Below, one piece after another: positions 1 to 485 of a DNA stretch of 485 bases. Each line of letters starts with the position of its first letter. Within the stretch, counting starts at the first letter, position 1. The notes beneath the pieces are model-generated. The model saw only the letters and a list, made by a program, of their open reading frames with translations. It searched no databases and had not been told where the DNA came from. Made by a program: the position numbers and the translations under genes. Source of the DNA: Escherichia coli (GTDB lineage Bacteria; Pseudomonadota; Gammaproteobacteria; Enterobacterales; Enterobacteriaceae); assembly GCF_003334785.1 (NCBI RefSeq), contig NZ_QOWV01000087.1; one strand, given 5' to 3'.

Positions 1-33
1 GTGTTGACGAACTCCTGCCATGGAACGTAGTAC

Positions 34-396
34 TCACCAATAAATAAGCGTCAATACGGTGCTCCGTTGACGCTTACTTTCATTCGCCCGGTAGCATGAA
101 CCATTATCCGTCAGCCACTCCACTGGAGACGCCGGAAGCTCGCTGCCAAAGCGGCGTTCCACTACTCCCAGCATGACGTCCTGTACTGTTTCACTGTCGA
201 AGCCACCCGTTGTGACCGCCCAGTGCAGTGCCTCACGGTCACAGCAGTCCAGCGCGAACGTGACCCGCAGTTTTTCTCCGTTATCACAGCGGAACTCGAA
301 CCCGTCAGAGCACCATCGCTGATTACTTTCTTTCACAGCCACTCTGCCGGTATGTGCCCGTTTCGATGGCGGTACAGCGGGTTTTCGCTCAAGCAA
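34..396 (-). pseudogene. insD: Internal fragment of an IS2-type (IS3 family) transposase OrfB/InsD, integrase-core (rve/DDE) region. Intact as a 120-codon ORF but truncated relative to the full-length transposase of about 300 aa, so most likely a non-functional relic.
   Basis: The translation [105 protein letters not shown] is near-identical, with a handful of substitutions, to the middle of E. coli IS2 InsD as I recall it. It contains the IS3-family motifs W-x-x-D (D codon at 304..306) and D-N-G-S-x-Y (D codon at 106..108). The glutamate of the DDE triad and everything C-terminal to it are absent, and the last 15 residues ([14 protein letters not shown]) are read from unrelated flank. The annotated start is a TTG (394..396) with no Shine-Dalgarno-like sequence upstream, and the frame stays open upstream to the window edge at 485. 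Confidence 0.85.
45..76. other. Perfect 10-bp inverted repeat (TAAGCGTCAA, 12-nt spacer, TTGACGCTTA), a potential stem-loop or palindromic protein-binding site; function unknown
   Basis: Read directly: 45..54 TAAGCGTCAA is the exact reverse complement of 67..76 TTGACGCTTA. Inside the spacer, CGG (57..59) can pair with CCG (64..66), leaving a 4-nt loop TGCT. On the minus strand the stem is followed by TTTATTGG, a modest T-tract, and it overlaps the 3' end of the transposase-fragment ORF (stop at 34..36). Confidence 0.45.
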
Positions 397-409
397 CAGC
401 GCATTCTGG
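77..409 (-). mobile_element. IS2-like insertion sequence remnant: internal segment of orfB only, with no terminal inverted repeats, no orfA and no orfA/orfB frameshift window in this sequence
   Basis: Protein-level resemblance to IS2 InsD begins at the codons for QNALLLER (about 397..409) and ends just after the codons for SCYRANE (about 79..81). DNA outside these limits does not resemble IS2 ends as I recall them and is visibly more AT-rich. Boundaries are approximate, about +/-10 bp. Confidence 0.7.
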
Positions 410-463
410 GTAACCGGCTCATTTAAACCGTCTGGTCTGTTTCCTCCGGCTCTACAAAAATAA

Positions 464-485
464 TGTCCATCATTTTTAATGGACA
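464..485. repeat. 7-bp inverted repeat TGTCCAT / ATGGACA around CATTTTTA, in an AT-rich tract at the window edge
   Basis: Read directly: 464..470 TGTCCAT and 479..485 ATGGACA are reverse complements, separated by 471..478 CATTTTTA. It may continue beyond the window. Confidence 0.4.

Noticed and set aside
394-396. TTG as a genuine translation start for the 120-aa protein
   Set aside because: There is no purine-rich ribosome-binding site in the 15 nt upstream on the minus strand, and the codon corresponds to an internal leucine of IS2 InsD. The start is an ORF-caller artefact, not evidence of an independent gene.
223-426. Plus-strand ORF of 67 aa ([10 protein letters not shown]...)
   Set aside because: It lies entirely antisense to the IS2 InsD-homologous region, uses a GTG start with no Shine-Dalgarno-like sequence upstream, and its translation has no recognisable motif. 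Antisense ORFs of this length arise readily opposite GC-rich coding sequence.
414-452. 7-bp direct repeat CCGGCTC (414..420 and 446..452) and tandem GTCTG GTCTG (430..439)
   Set aside because: These are short enough to occur by chance in 485 bp, and they do not flank the IS fragment as target-site duplications would.
455-461. A-run (CAAAAAT) as a possible programmed -1 frameshift slippery site of an IS3-family element
   Set aside because: It lies outside the IS2-homologous segment and is not an A6G-type heptamer. The IS2 orfA/orfB frameshift window would sit upstream of orfB sequence that is not present here.
1-485. CRISPR array, tRNA/rRNA gene, or a complete novel defence or toxin system
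   Set aside because: There are no repeat-spacer periodicity, no cloverleaf-compatible structure and no intact gene other than the transposase fragment. A 485-bp window dominated by an IS relic cannot support such a call.

Overview
This 485-bp window is dominated by a relic of an IS2-type (IS3 family) insertion sequence; I see no evidence of a novel biological system. The minus-strand ORF at 34..396 encodes an internal fragment of the IS2 transposase OrfB (InsD), covering the integrase-core region. It keeps the first two aspartates of the DDE triad (WCSDGFEF and LTDNGSCY) but lacks the N-terminal part, the catalytic glutamate and the C-terminus. Resemblance to IS2 stops at about 77-80 on one side and about 409 on the other, and both flanks are unrelated, more AT-rich DNA. 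The left flank carries a perfect 10-bp inverted repeat (45..76) next to the truncation point. The right flank (410..485) is AT-rich with small inverted and direct repeats. The plus-strand ORF at 223..426 is antisense to the transposase fragment and is most likely spurious. All homology statements rest on my recollection of the IS2 InsD protein and need confirmation by database search.
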